DNA of 64,000 nucleotides from an uncultured bacterium (GTDB lineage: Bacteria; Zixibacteria; MSB-5A5; CAIYYT01): NCBI GenBank assembly GCA_963726455.1, contig CAVSCK010000003.1, positions 128,001 to 192,000 on the forward strand, read 5' to 3'. The notes under the pieces are model-generated. The model had not been told where the DNA came from. It made no database searches and saw nothing but the letters and a program-made list of their open reading frames with translations. Shown piece after piece: positions 19,890 to 30,921 of the stretch. How positions within the stretch are numbered: position 1 is the first letter of the stretch; each line of letters opens with the position of its first letter. The position numbers and the translations under genes were made by a program.

Positions 19890-20831
19890 CTACTCGGTCT
19901 CCTTGGTCGTTGCAAACGGCAGTGAACGAGTTTGCATGACAAATTCCTTGGCGGTGATAAAGTCAGTCTCGATGTCGTCGGTTGTCGGGTGATATTTGGC
20001 GAACTTGACAATATCGCATTCTTCAAGGAAATCGTGAATAATGTGTTCTTCCTGGCTGTCCAACGATAACTTGCGGAATTCGAGGATAATTTCGAACGTC
20101 GTGCGTTCCAGCGCGGAGATGCCGTAGCGGCGCTCCAGATAGCGGCGGAAGATGTCAGACAACTGCAAATAGAATAACTTGTATTCACCGCGAGCGATCA
20201 GGTCAGACTCTTTGAGTTTGGCCAATTCCTCCAGCGCGATTTCCCATGGCAGGCGCAGGTCGGCGACCGAAGTAGTCAGGTCAATCGGCTTCCTGGCCCG
20301 TCGGTACAGCCAGAAGAACACGGCGCCGCCGATTAATAGCGCCGCTCCCAGGATCACCCACAGGGTCGGAAATTCACGCGGGAAAGTCTTTTGGGGCTTC
20401 AGCGGTTTTATATCCGCGCCTTCCTCTCCGGTCAACAGCGAATTGACCTTGATCGGCAGCGGATCGGTGGCGATGGACTTGACCTCGCCCGACGGCGTGC
20501 GATAGTGAATGGTGATCGGCGGTATTTGATAATCTCCGGTCGTGAAGGTCGTGATGACAAACCCTTCGGTAGTAGTGCGCACTCCGCTCTTGACGTTGAC
20601 CTGCCGCGGCTTGTAGTCTTTCACCTCGAACGCGCCCAGGTTCGTGCCTACTGTCAGTGAATCGACTGCCAGCGAAGTATCGGAGGTAATTGTGACGGTA
20701 TAGAGTATCCTGTCACCAATCGTAATAGTCTGTTTATCGATGTTCGACGACACGCTGATCTTGTCTTGCGCGAACAAAGCGGAACTGAGAAACAGCAACC
20801 ACAAAATCGTCAGTAATCTAAAGCGGCTCAC
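19890..20831 (-). CDS. Bat-operon membrane protein (Ig-like domain, TM, DUF4381-like C-terminus)
   Basis: Signal peptide, IGDRI.Y, one TM, YLERRYGISALERTTFEI and DIVKFAK. Start taken as the GTG at 20831 after GAGG; the ATG at 20843 is an alternative. Confidence 0.8.
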   Translation of the reverse strand: MSRFRLLTILWLLFLSSALFAQDKISVSSNIDKQTITIGDRILYTVTITSDTSLAVDSLTVGTNLGAFEVKDYKPRQVNVKSGVRTTTEGFVITTFTTGDYQIPPITIHYRTPSGEVKSIATDPLPIKVNSLLTGEEGADIKPLKPQKTFPREFPTLWVILGAALLIGGAVFFWLYRRARKPIDLTTSVADLRLPWEIALEELAKLKESDLIARGEYKLFYLQLSDIFRRYLERRYGISALERTTFEIILEFRKLSLDSQEEHIIHDFLEECDIVKFAKYHPTTDDIETDFITAKEFVMQTRSLPFATTKETE

Positions 20832-22288
20832 GGTTCCTCTCATATAACTGCGTATCCCCAATCGTAGACGCGAGATGATAATTACTGTCGAGTGTGCCTT
20901 GCCACTCGGGATAGACTTTGTAGTCAACCAATACCAGTTTTGGTCGTTGTTGTTGCAGGGCGCTGACTATGTCGCTGTTCGTTAACAGATGGTTTTCTGA
21001 GTAGCACGATTTGTCGATCTTCAACGGAAAGTAGAAACCAACATGCTCGGAACCGCGCAACTGCGGGCGATCTGACAATGCCGGGTAACCGGCCCATTCC
21101 GACAACAACGTGTCCTGAATTGATGTTCGAGTTTCGATTTCGCCAACGACATCGCGCAAGTGGGTCAACGTAAAGCGTTCATCTCTGGGACGCGGCGCTA
21201 CGATGAACAGGTAGACAAACGGCAGCATTCCAACGGCATATAATAACCCCGCCGAACGCCGCAGCGGTTTCAGACCGGGAGTACGCACGATGAACACAAA
21301 GACCGGAAGTGCCGCGATAATCAGATACGGAACTGCTTCCTGAAAATATTGAAGCAGTACCGGCGTGGGTATCAGGTATATCAAACTGATGAGTGCCGCG
21401 AAGAGAAGTGATCTGCGATAGATCGAGCTAAGCTCCACCAACCGATGCTTCAACAAATACCAACTGCCGAGCAGCGCTCCCAAGAGCAGAATCGTTTGCG
21501 GAAGTGCGAGAAATGTGCCAAACACTTTCACCTTGTGAAGGATCAGCGCCGAGAAGGGCGTGATCGGCTGACGGTATAGATGAAATACCAGATTGCTGAA
21601 CAGAAACTGCGACGGCGCCTGAAGAAACAACACCAGCGATGGGATCGTCGGAATCGCCACACCGGCCGCGATGAACGCCAGCGCCCGCGACAGTGGAACA
21701 CCTTTCTGATTCGACGCGCGAAGGAGAAAGTAGAGATACACCGGCATAAGCAGGAGAAAGATCGACCGGAAATTGATCGCGGTGGACAAGAACATAGCCG
21801 ACAAAAACAGGTTTCGGTCAGATCTTGTCATTCGAGTTTTCCACTCGCAATAAGAACATAAACGCAAGCAGCAGGAACAGGTCGACAAACGCATACGGCT
21901 TGAACACCGAATGCCAGGCGAGGATCATTCCGTTGGCCGCTATCAGCACCGCTGCAATCAAAGCAGCATTGTCATCCCGCGTACTCTCCCTGACTGTGCG
22001 GAATGCAAACAAGGTCAGCAATAAGCCGGCTACGAGAGATAGTATTCGTAACAGAAGCAGTGAAGTGATACCCCAGCCGGAAATCATGGCTGACAGAAGC
22101 GGCAGTAACGGCGCCTGCGGATAGAAGAAATCCTTGTAGAGAGTCATGCCGTCGGCGACGCGTTGGGCTGCCGCCAAATAGAAGCCCTCGTCGCCGTCCG
22201 CCAACCGGAAAAAGACAAAGACAGACGACAGTGCCGCCTGACTGATCAACACCAGAAACAGCAACTTCTGTGTTCGACCCAGTGTCAC
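20818..22288 (-). CDS. GT-C fold glycosyltransferase (ArnT/PMT, GT39-like), interrupted by one frameshift near 21825
   Basis: N-terminal part has DEGFY and LYKDFFYPQAPL. The multi-TM continuation is in another frame (ORF 20818..21894). Removing one base gives ~489 aa. Confidence 0.75.
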
Positions 22289-23166
22289 CGGCGGTACCTC
22301 CGCTCGCGCTGCTTGAAGAAGGCCGACAACGGGAAGATGTAATCCTGGCCGGTGGTAAGCTGGATATAGTCGAGATTCATGCGGCGAAAGGCCCGCTCCA
22401 GTTGGTCGTTCAATTCCACGGCGCGATTCGAAAATTCTTTGCGAAATAGCAGATCGGCAGTATCCACGGTGATGATCTCGCCGGTTTCAGCATCTTCAAA
22501 GTCGATCATGCCGAAGTTTTCCAGCTTCGATTCGCGCGGATCGGATATTCTAATAGCAATCAGGTCGTGCCGGCGGTTGGCGATCATCAGGTCACTGGCA
22601 TAGCCGGAACTGAGAAAGTCGCTGATGAGAAAGACAACTGACTTGCGCTTGATGACGCGATTCAAGTATTCGAGCGCCGCACCGATGTTGGTCGATCGGC
22701 CGGTGGGCTTGAAATAGAGAATTTCGCGAATCAGCCGCAAGACATGCGCTCTTCCTTTGCGCGGCGCAATGAACTTCTCCACCTCATCGGTGAAGATGAT
22801 CATGCCCACCTTGTCGTTGTTATTCGTCGCCGAGAAAGCCAGCAGTCCGCAGATTTCGGCGGCCATTTCTTCCTTCAATTGTGTCCTGGTGCCAAATTGT
22901 CCCGACGAGGATGCATCAACGAGCAGCATCACGGACAGCTCTCGCTCTTCGCGAAACTTCTTGACGAACGGCATGCCGGTTCGGGCGGTGACGTTCCAGT
23001 CAATCAGGCGGACGTCATCCCCCGGCTGGTACTCGCGCACTTCCTCGAATTCCATGCCGCGTCCGCGGAAGCTGGAGTGATATTCGCCGGCGAAAACGTC
23101 GTTGACAAGTTTTCGGGTCGTTATTTCGATGCGGCGGATTTTCTTGATGATATCTTTAGGAAGCAC
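22285..23166 (-). CDS. DUF58 vWA-like protein of MoxR operons
   Basis: GRGMEFEEVREYQPGDDVRLIDWNVTAR and FLISDF motifs. Confidence 0.94.
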   Translation of the reverse strand: MLPKDIIKKIRRIEITTRKLVNDVFAGEYHSSFRGRGMEFEEVREYQPGDDVRLIDWNVTARTGMPFVKKFREERELSVMLLVDASSSGQFGTRTQLKEEMAAEICGLLAFSATNNNDKVGMIIFTDEVEKFIAPRKGRAHVLRLIREILYFKPTGRSTNIGAALEYLNRVIKRKSVVFLISDFLSSGYASDLMIANRRHDLIAIRISDPRESKLENFGMIDFEDAETGEIITVDTADLLFRKEFSNRAVELNDQLERAFRRMNLDYIQLTTGQDYIFPLSAFFKQRERRYRR

Positions 23167-23169
23167 CGC

Positions 23170-24156
23170 TTACGGAACCTCAACCTCGTTGAACACCTTG
23201 GTCACAATCGCCTCGCTGTCAACTTCCTCGGCCTCGGCTTCATACGATACGATAACTCGGTGCCGCAATACGTCCATGCCGATGTTCTTGACATCATCCG
23301 GCGTGATATAGCCGCGCCCCTTGAGAAACGCATGCGCCTTGGATGCCATGGTCAAATAGATGGTCGCGCGAGGTGATGCGCCGTAATCAATCAAATCCTT
23401 GATCTTAAGATTGTAAGCTTCGGGATTGCGCGTGGCCGAGACGACATCAACGATGTATTCCTTCACCTTGTCATCGACATAGATCTTGTTCATGACGTTG
23501 CGGGCATTGATGATGTCCTGCGGCGTAATTACCGGTTTGATGTCGAATTTCTGCCCCACCGTCATGCGGTTGAGGATTTCGAGTTCTTCGGCCTTTGAGG
23601 GATAAGTGATTCTTAGCTTGAACATGAAGCGGTCAACCTGCGCCTCGGGCAGCGGGTAGGTGCCTTCCTGCTCGATGGGATTCTGCGTCGCCATCACCAT
23701 GAACGGATCTGGCAGCGGGTACGTGGTATCGGCGATCGTAACCTGCCGCTCCTGCATCGCCTCCAGAAGGGCGGACTGGACTTTCGCAGGGGCGCGGTTG
23801 ATTTCGTCGGCCAGAATCAGGTTAGCGAAAATCGGCCCTTTTCTAACCGTGAACTTGCCATCGGTCTGGGAATAGATCATGGTGCCGACGAGATCGGCGG
23901 GCAGCAAATCGGGTGTGAATTGCAGACGCTGAAAATGCGCCTGAATTGCCTGGCACAGGGTCTTAATGGACAGAGTTTTGGCCAATCCCGGCACACCCTC
24001 GACCAGCACATGGCCGTCCGCCAGCAGCGCCATCATCATCCGGTCGATCAGGTATTCCTGGCCAACGATGACCTTGGCAATCTCCGCTTTGAGACGCTGA
24101 ATAAACTCGTGTTGCTTCTCTACTTCCGCTTGAATTTCCTTAATATCCTGATTCAC
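23170..24156 (-). CDS. moxR: MoxR-family AAA+ ATPase
   Basis: GVPGLAKT, QFTPDLLPAD, DEINRAPAKVQSALLEAM, ATQNPIEQEGTYPLPEAQ and GASPRA motifs. Confidence 0.96.
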   Translation of the reverse strand: MNQDIKEIQAEVEKQHEFIQRLKAEIAKVIVGQEYLIDRMMMALLADGHVLVEGVPGLAKTLSIKTLCQAIQAHFQRLQFTPDLLPADLVGTMIYSQTDGKFTVRKGPIFANLILADEINRAPAKVQSALLEAMQERQVTIADTTYPLPDPFMVMATQNPIEQEGTYPLPEAQVDRFMFKLRITYPSKAEELEILNRMTVGQKFDIKPVITPQDIINARNVMNKIYVDDKVKEYIVDVVSATRNPEAYNLKIKDLIDYGASPRATIYLTMASKAHAFLKGRGYITPDDVKNIGMDVLRHRVIVSYEAEAEEVDSEAIVTKVFNEVEVP

Positions 24157-24203
24157 CTTTTATCTCCCGAAGGTAAGTTACATATGGTCTATGTTTTACG
24201 GCA

Positions 24204-25115
24204 TCATTTCAGGAACAGTTCCACGATTCTTTCCGCGCGGCCGGCGGCTTGTGAGCCATCCTGGACATTTACGGTCCCGGATGAAAATTTGACGCTTTCG
24301 CAGAAGTCAAACAGGCCTTTACAGGCCGAGAGCCCCTCTTCATCGAGTCCTTTTTCTGTGAGCCAGCGCAGCAAATCTGCTGAAGTGAATCCGGAAAGTC
24401 TGGCGTCGTACTTGCGTTCGACCAGGGAAGTTATCAAACGCATGGCCTCAGACGCAAAGGCGCGGTAGTCCTGCCGGTCGGCGAGCTTCTTGACCTCGGC
24501 GAAACGCTGCCGGTATTCATCGCGCCAGTCCGAAACGGATTGCTCCGGCTGCGTCCTCACTTTTCTTCGTCTTGCCGCGGCCGCCGCGATAATGATGATA
24601 ATTGCTGCACTAAAGATGATTATCACGGGCGAGTGCGATTTTCCTGCTTGTTTGGGCTGGGCAATTTCGACGGTGATCGGTTCGGAAGCCAGCGTGTCAA
24701 AGACCGAGCCGTTCTGAAACTCAACCTTGAATGACGGAATCGTTATCGACCCACTGCGCCCCGGAACAAGCTCATAAAGATAATTGCGAACAATTATATC
24801 CCCCTGCCGTTCGACACTGCTGCCCGAACCGCCGATTTGCAGGCCGATGATATTCGGTGGCGGCAGAGGCGTAGTCTTGACGGCAGGATCAGAGACCTTG
24901 ACTTCAAGCTGAAGGTGTAACTTGTCTTCAAAAGCGGCGCTGAGTTTGTCTACCGATGCCTTGAATGACATTTCGGCGAAGACAGCGTTCGCCGACAGGA
25001 GCATAGCAGCTATAATGAATGTGACAACTTGCATTAACAACTCTATGAATTTTACGCGATTCCCCGTGTTGGTTCCCATCCTAATGTGTTGCACTCTTCC
25101 CTTTCGTTTCCTCAC
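24204..25115 (-). CDS. Short BatD-like protein (single Ig domain, TM, helical C-terminus)
   Basis: FKASVDK, GSITIPSF, TM and CESVKFS tail like other Bat proteins. The true start is probably downstream (25079 or 25034). Confidence 0.7.
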   Translation of the reverse strand: MRKRKGRVQHIRMGTNTGNRVKFIELLMQVVTFIIAAMLLSANAVFAEMSFKASVDKLSAAFEDKLHLQLEVKVSDPAVKTTPLPPPNIIGLQIGGSGSSVERQGDIIVRNYLYELVPGRSGSITIPSFKVEFQNGSVFDTLASEPITVEIAQPKQAGKSHSPVIIIFSAAIIIIIAAAAARRRKVRTQPEQSVSDWRDEYRQRFAEVKKLADRQDYRAFASEAMRLITSLVERKYDARLSGFTSADLLRWLTEKGLDEEGLSACKGLFDFCESVKFSSGTVNVQDGSQAAGRAERIVELFLK

Positions 25116-25144
25116 GCGCTTGGCGACTGCGACAGTTCAATCGG

Positions 25145-25978
25145 CTAGGTGACCCCAGCTACAGTCAGCGCCCCTAATGCGGGCAGCATGACGACTTTCA
25201 GGGCAATCGACGCCCGCGCCATATTGTCTCGTCCATCCCGGAACACGAACAGGACGAAGATTAGCGACAAAGGCACGTTTACCGCAAGCGAAATCAACAG
25301 GAGATAGGCCGTTGACAGATGCAACAGGACATACCCAAGGTACGATACCACAATCAGCAACGCAAACGCTGTCGCCGCAAAGACGCGTGCCGTCTTGTTC
25401 CCCCAGACGATCGGAATTGTTCTGCGGCCGGCAATCCTGTCGCCTTCGACATCTTCGATGTCTTTGATGACCTCGCGCCCGAAATGATAAAGGAAGATCA
25501 GCGCTCCCCCTCCGATCAACAGCCAGCGATGTTGGGAATCAGGATTCGTCAGGAACCCTCCCAACACGCAGGCCGAACTGCACAGAATCGCCACCCACAG
25601 GTTTGCGATGACCAGATAAGACGACAACTTGAAGGAATAGAGAAACAGCGCGGCGGCAAATACTGCGAAGAACAACCAGACAGAGAGTTTCGATCCGTAA
25701 AGCGCGACGGCACCCAGGACGATGCACAGCAAGGCCGCGTTTATTCCCTCCCAGGCAGAAAGCTTGCGCGACGGAAAAGGGCGATTCGGTTTGTTGATCT
25801 TGTCGGCGCGGAAATCGCAGAGGTCATTGACGATGTAACCATATGAGGCAATGAAGAACGTTGCGATCGCGATTCCGATGGGCAATGCAATGCGTCCCGA
25901 TCCGAGCGCAATTGCCGGAATCAGAGTCAGTGCGGCAATGGCGCCATTCAGAGGACGCATCATGGTGAGCACCGCCAA
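25145..25978 (-). CDS. UbiA-family prenyltransferase, DGGGP synthase-like
   Basis: RPLN, NDLCDFRADKINKPNRPFPS and REVIKDIEDVEGD..GRRTIPI, characteristic of the DGGGPS-like UbiA subfamily. Confidence 0.82.
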   Translation of the reverse strand: MAVLTMMRPLNGAIAALTLIPAIALGSGRIALPIGIAIATFFIASYGYIVNDLCDFRADKINKPNRPFPSRKLSAWEGINAALLCIVLGAVALYGSKLSVWLFFAVFAAALFLYSFKLSSYLVIANLWVAILCSSACVLGGFLTNPDSQHRWLLIGGGALIFLYHFGREVIKDIEDVEGDRIAGRRTIPIVWGNKTARVFAATAFALLIVVSYLGYVLLHLSTAYLLLISLAVNVPLSLIFVLFVFRDGRDNMARASIALKVVMLPALGALTVAGVT

Positions 25979-25986
25979 TAGCTTTG

Positions 25987-27606
25987 TCAGAGTTTGCCCT
26001 CCAAACCCAAATGTACCAGCATGCGTCCCAGCTTCTTTTCCTCGCCCATCGAAATATCAAAACGGAACGAACCGGCAGACGTCATGACAATCATCCCCAC
26101 GCCAAAACCTGCCAACGGTCCGTCCTTTGACTTGGACTTAATGTAGGCATTATCACTGAACAGATGCAACATCAAGTTGCCGGCGGCATACCATTGCAGT
26201 TCGGTCGATCCGATGAAACCCAGTCTGGCGAGATAACTATTTTCGCGATAGCCGCGAACCGTTTCGACACCGCCAACAGGTATCAACTGATCGATGGGAA
26301 TAGCAGCGAAATCAGACGTGATCTGAAAGTATTGAGCGCGCTGAAAGAGAATCAGATTGTGCCGCAGCGGCAACCAGATTTTGGCATCGGTGTTGAGATT
26401 ACTGGAATAACCGTTGTTAGACACACTGCCGCTTTCGAATGACTTGCGATAAGCCGAGGTGACTTGCTGCGTAACAAAAGCGCCGCGCGTCGTGCGATGA
26501 ATGTCGTTGCGACGATCATATTGAACGTTCAGGTCAACTGCCAGCAGACGCGCCGACGGTGACGTCTGATTTTCCTGTGGCGTAATCTTGTTCCAGCGTA
26601 TCGCACTACCGAGACTCCAATTCTCACTCAAGTGACAACTGGCTCCGGCCGTGGCGCTGGTGCTGTTGAAGGAAGAATCGCGAGCTTCCTGTGACAATGT
26701 GGCGCGCAAGTCGAGCGGATAGTCATCGAAATACGGCAACAGCGCGTTGAGGTTAAGTTTACGCGACAATTGATTCTGGCGCGACCAGATGAAGCCGAAT
26801 TCTTCCCCGCGGCCAAATGCATTGATCAGATTCACCGACACCTGGCCGGCGATCGTGTTGTCGGGGTTGAGATAGGCAAGTCCGTCGAAGGCGAGGTTGC
26901 GTTCATCACGCAAGGGCAGCGCGACATTTACGGTGCGGTTGAGACTTTCATAGGTGAGAGACGCTTTGCCTGATGGTTTGCAGTGGCGGAGATGACCCAG
27001 CGTTCGCTCGGACGATTCCAAATCGGTCTCGCGAAATAAGTCGCCGGAATGAAGAGCCAACCGCTTGCGCAATGGCTCTGGTTTCGTGGTCCTGATGCCG
27101 GGAAAATCAACATTGCCCACTGTGACAAGCGGCCCCTCAACTACAAGCATGTGTGCAATGATGATCGCATCGGAAATATCAAGATTCTTGATCTCTGCCT
27201 GTGCGAACGGGTATCCGTTGTTAGCATACAGGCGAGTCAACTCCTTTGTCAACTGCTCAAGACTCGATTTCGTAAGCGGCGCTGAGTGCGGCAACTCCTG
27301 CAGCAATCGCGCCGCGGTGGAGTCGGCAAGTCCTATCAGGCGAAGTTCGGAACAGGTGAAACGTTTGCCTTCGGTTATCGAGAACAGCGTATCGGCGGCG
27401 GTGATCTTCGCGGAAACTTGTCCGAGGAAGTAGCCGTCTGCGGCATAGGCAGCACTGATCGACTTGAGATGCTGATCTACGTCACCCGGTTGCGTGCACA
27501 ATTCCATCAGTACTGCGCTGCGGAAATGATGATTGCCTTCAAAGCGTACAGCCGCGTTCGCGCACGAATACAGTACAAGTACGGCGATCAAGATTCTTCG
27601 TGTCAT
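25987..27606 (-). CDS. Omp85/BamA-TamA family outer membrane protein (POTRA + barrel)
   Basis: POTRA motifs FEGN, Y...GY and NGYPFA; NAFGRGE; GGVETVRGYRE (VRGY motif). Confidence 0.85.
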   Translation of the reverse strand: MTRRILIAVLVLYSCANAAVRFEGNHHFRSAVLMELCTQPGDVDQHLKSISAAYAADGYFLGQVSAKITAADTLFSITEGKRFTCSELRLIGLADSTAARLLQELPHSAPLTKSSLEQLTKELTRLYANNGYPFAQAEIKNLDISDAIIIAHMLVVEGPLVTVGNVDFPGIRTTKPEPLRKRLALHSGDLFRETDLESSERTLGHLRHCKPSGKASLTYESLNRTVNVALPLRDERNLAFDGLAYLNPDNTIAGQVSVNLINAFGRGEEFGFIWSRQNQLSRKLNLNALLPYFDDYPLDLRATLSQEARDSSFNSTSATAGASCHLSENWSLGSAIRWNKITPQENQTSPSARLLAVDLNVQYDRRNDIHRTTRGAFVTQQVTSAYRKSFESGSVSNNGYSSNLNTDAKIWLPLRHNLILFQRAQYFQITSDFAAIPIDQLIPVGGVETVRGYRENSYLARLGFIGSTELQWYAAGNLMLHLFSDNAYIKSKSKDGPLAGFGVGMIVMTSAGSFRFDISMGEEKKLGRMLVHLGLEGKL

Positions 27607-30600
27607 TGGAACCTCGAAATCAATTCCGTGCGCAGGAAATAACGCCCCGGTTCGCCATGGCGAATGTCGCCCTGGCCGGTCAAACGAAACGAGAAGTTCT
27701 CGGCGAAACTGAAATCAATCAGGATCGTGCCGCCGAAGTTCGCTCCGGTTGGAAACCCATCCGCCATCTGCAGCAGAATCGGCCGATTTGCGGCTTCGAT
27801 CACCTGCAGCATGAAGACCGTTGTCTCGATTCGCCCCCTGCCGACAAGGTTATAGTTCACCTTGGGAGTTATCCTAAGAGTCGTGGCGCGCAACGACATG
27901 GAATCCGAATTCTCACGACCGATCTCGACGGTGGCGCCCATTTCCCAGAGTCCGCGAAAGTGCGAGCCGGCGGTGATCAGCGACCGCCTGTGAACGGTGA
28001 GATTGTAACGGCCGAATTGTTGGTCGGACAAATTCTCGGCCTCACCGGAAATTTCGACAAAGTCGCGTTCACCTAAGCGTTGATTGAAAAGCAGTTTGAA
28101 CAGCTCGTTGCCGTTGGCCTGGGGGTGCAAGACATCAATCAGGTTATCCTCACTGCGAATTCGATACGAGAATTCACTGCGCAGGCCGATTGCGCGATCA
28201 TAACGTCGATAACGATATTCGTCACTGCGCTGGCGGAACCGTTGAACTGCGCCGAAATACGCGAGCGAAGGCAGCAGCCAGCGTGTTTGGAAGCTGGTCA
28301 TGTCATTTCCGATCTCGTGCAAACTTGTCTCATAGCGCAGGGAAGTCCCGGCAATCAGGAAACTCTTTGCCAGTTTGCTCAGGTCGGCGTTGATCTGAAC
28401 GCGTTTTTCTGCCTCGACCGACGGCGTCAAGGTACCCACTTGTTCGGTGACCAGTATGTAGTCGCCGTTCGATTGCGGCAGATAGACGGAATCAATCAGT
28501 ACATAATCGCCCTTGCCGCTCTCGACCTTGAGATAAGTCTTGTTGGTCTGGAAACTTCCCAACCGGCTCAACCGCATATTGGCGTTCAGGTCGACAACAC
28601 GCGCGATCTGTGGTATATCGAGATTTAAGAGCCCGCTGTGATAGGTGGTCTTCTTCCCCGTCGCATCATTGAAGCGGTTGAATGAAGCATTCAGATCGAC
28701 CTTGCGACTCTTCGCGAAAGTGCGATTGACATTCAATCCCAGCGTCTGTTTGCGATCCACCATATTCCATGAGTTGAGATTCTGCCAGTTCTCTCGCTGC
28801 CGAGCGGTCACGGAAATCCCCGCGTATTCCGTTCCAAATTCGATTTCACGTTTGCTGGCGTATGTAAGCGGCTGTCCCACCAACGCAAGCTTGCGATTGT
28901 CATAGTCGACTTTGGCTGTGAGCGCGAATGGTTTAATGTCGAGCCGGTAGGTGGGCTTGATCTCGAAAAGACGATTCGACGCCAGTGAGATCCTTCGAGG
29001 ACGCGTAACTCAGGTCAACCCCGATTTTCGAGTTCGCCACCTGAACCAGTTGCGTCGAGACTCCGGCGCGCCGCGACTCGAAGCCGCTTTTCTCCGAAGT
29101 ATATCCGCCTTCAATTTTCGACCGATCATGGCTCCCCAGACTGAAAGTCATGTCGCCCAGATAGCGCTGGCGGTCGCTGAGTTCCTGCTTCTGGCGCTGC
29201 CAGAGGTAATTTTCGTCTACATAGTCGAGCCGACCCAAACGGGCGAAGCCGGCTGGTAAATACTCCGCCGACAGATTGCCCTTCACTTTCTGAGATGTAC
29301 TCGCGTACGCCGCACCAAAGAAACCTGCCGCAGTTGTGTTCTTGCTGTTACCGTCAGTGGAAAAGCGGTTGCGGTCGTACGACGAAACGCCCACCTCGGT
29401 CGACAACTTCAACGTTCCCGTCGGAGCGTAGTCAGATTTTGCCACCACGACCTGAGATGCTTCCGGCATGGGCAAGGTTCTGACGGGCAGGTAATTGCCT
29501 CTTCCTCTGCCGGCAAACTGATAGCGGCCCCCGCCTAGATAGAGGTAATCCCCGCTGTCAACCTGCGTAAACGTTACACTGTAATCACCATGGCGATCTC
29601 CCGCATAAACGAAGACGGTATCGCTCAGAGAGTCGACCTGCATCGTGTAGTCACCATTTCCCTGACCTACAGAGCGCGCCCCCGGAACCACCGCTTTGGT
29701 AGGATCGTTGCCTGCCGAACGCAGAGCAGCGATATCGGTCTCGCTGAGCGTGAAGTCTTGCGGGTCGCTTCCCGCGGCAGTCAGGCCCGCATATCCGATG
29801 CCGATCTGTGCCTTGCCGTCACCAAGACTATCCGTGACGGCGCCGGTAACGAGTGTCTTGCGATATTCCAGGCGCTGATATTCGAAATCGACTCTGACAC
29901 GGTCTTGGTTATCGATGGCAGTACGGCCGGTGAAATAGAGTTCGCCGCGCGTGTAATCGAGGTAATAATCATGGTCGCGTCCGCGAGTTATTGTCGCGCC
30001 GTTGAGCCAGACCGTCTCGGAGTTTTCGATTACGGCGATACCGGATTCACCGTTCTTGCCCTGCAGGCGGTACGGGCCGTTAAAGCCGTCAGTGGTGGTG
30101 AAGTTGTATTCAGTATAGTTGCCGGGTGGAACGGAGACGGATGATTCCACGGTTGCGCGGCCGGTATGGTACTTCACGCCCATACCCTGTACATTGCGGC
30201 TCATAGACAGATATCGGAAACGATCTTCCTTGAGCTGGTAGCTGCCGAAAACGCCGTTGAGATGCTGGGACTGAACTTCCAGATAGACGTTGTCCAACTC
30301 GGAGAATCTTTTGGTCACCATCTGATTGTCGCGCAAACCGCGATCAGAAAACGTGCCCTTGACAATTACTCCGCGGCCGATATCGCCGGAGAGCGTCAGG
30401 GCGAGTCCCTGCGACAGGTTCGTCTGGCCCTTTTGGGAGACGTCGGCATAAAACGACTTCGAGCCGGAGACTTTGAGATTCGCGGTGGGCGCGGTCAGTT
30501 CTCTCGACGACGTGACCGGAGCCGGAGCCAAATCAGCTTCGTTGTCGCCCGTACTCGACAGGAAATCGTGTAGCGCGTAGCGACGGCCGATTATATCATA

Positions 30601-30921
30601 ATTCAGAAATCTCACGACTCGAATTGTGTCGCAAGCGATCTGTCCCGCCGTCAGCGTGATGACACTGTCATTGGATACGAAGTCACGTCCGCGTCTCAGA
30701 CTGTCATTCCCGCAAATCAGGATGACCGAGGAATCACCCGCGGAGGCGTATACGAAATTGACGGAGGAATCCTTGAGTGCAATACTGGTGACGATGACGA
30801 TTGAAGAGACGGATGCTTGCGGATTGAGCGGCGCCGCCTGCAATCGCAGCGACAGGCATATAAGACCTACGAGGATTAAACCGGCAATAAGCGCGCGGCC
30901 TTCATTTTGCAGCAACTTCAT
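27603..30921 (-). CDS. ~1100-aa outer-membrane beta-barrel protein, frameshifted near 28990
   Basis: ORFs 28933..30921 and 27603..28883 join through ...ASNRLFEIKPTYRLDIKPFALTAKVDYDNRKLALVGQP when one base is removed. Signal peptide, alternating beta-strand pattern and C-terminal ...ELISRFQ. Confidence 0.7.

Noticed and set aside
21818-21830. TGA ending the first GT-C fragment as a possible selenocysteine codon
   Set aside because: The protein-like continuation is in a different frame. Reading through the TGA gives no membrane-protein-like sequence.
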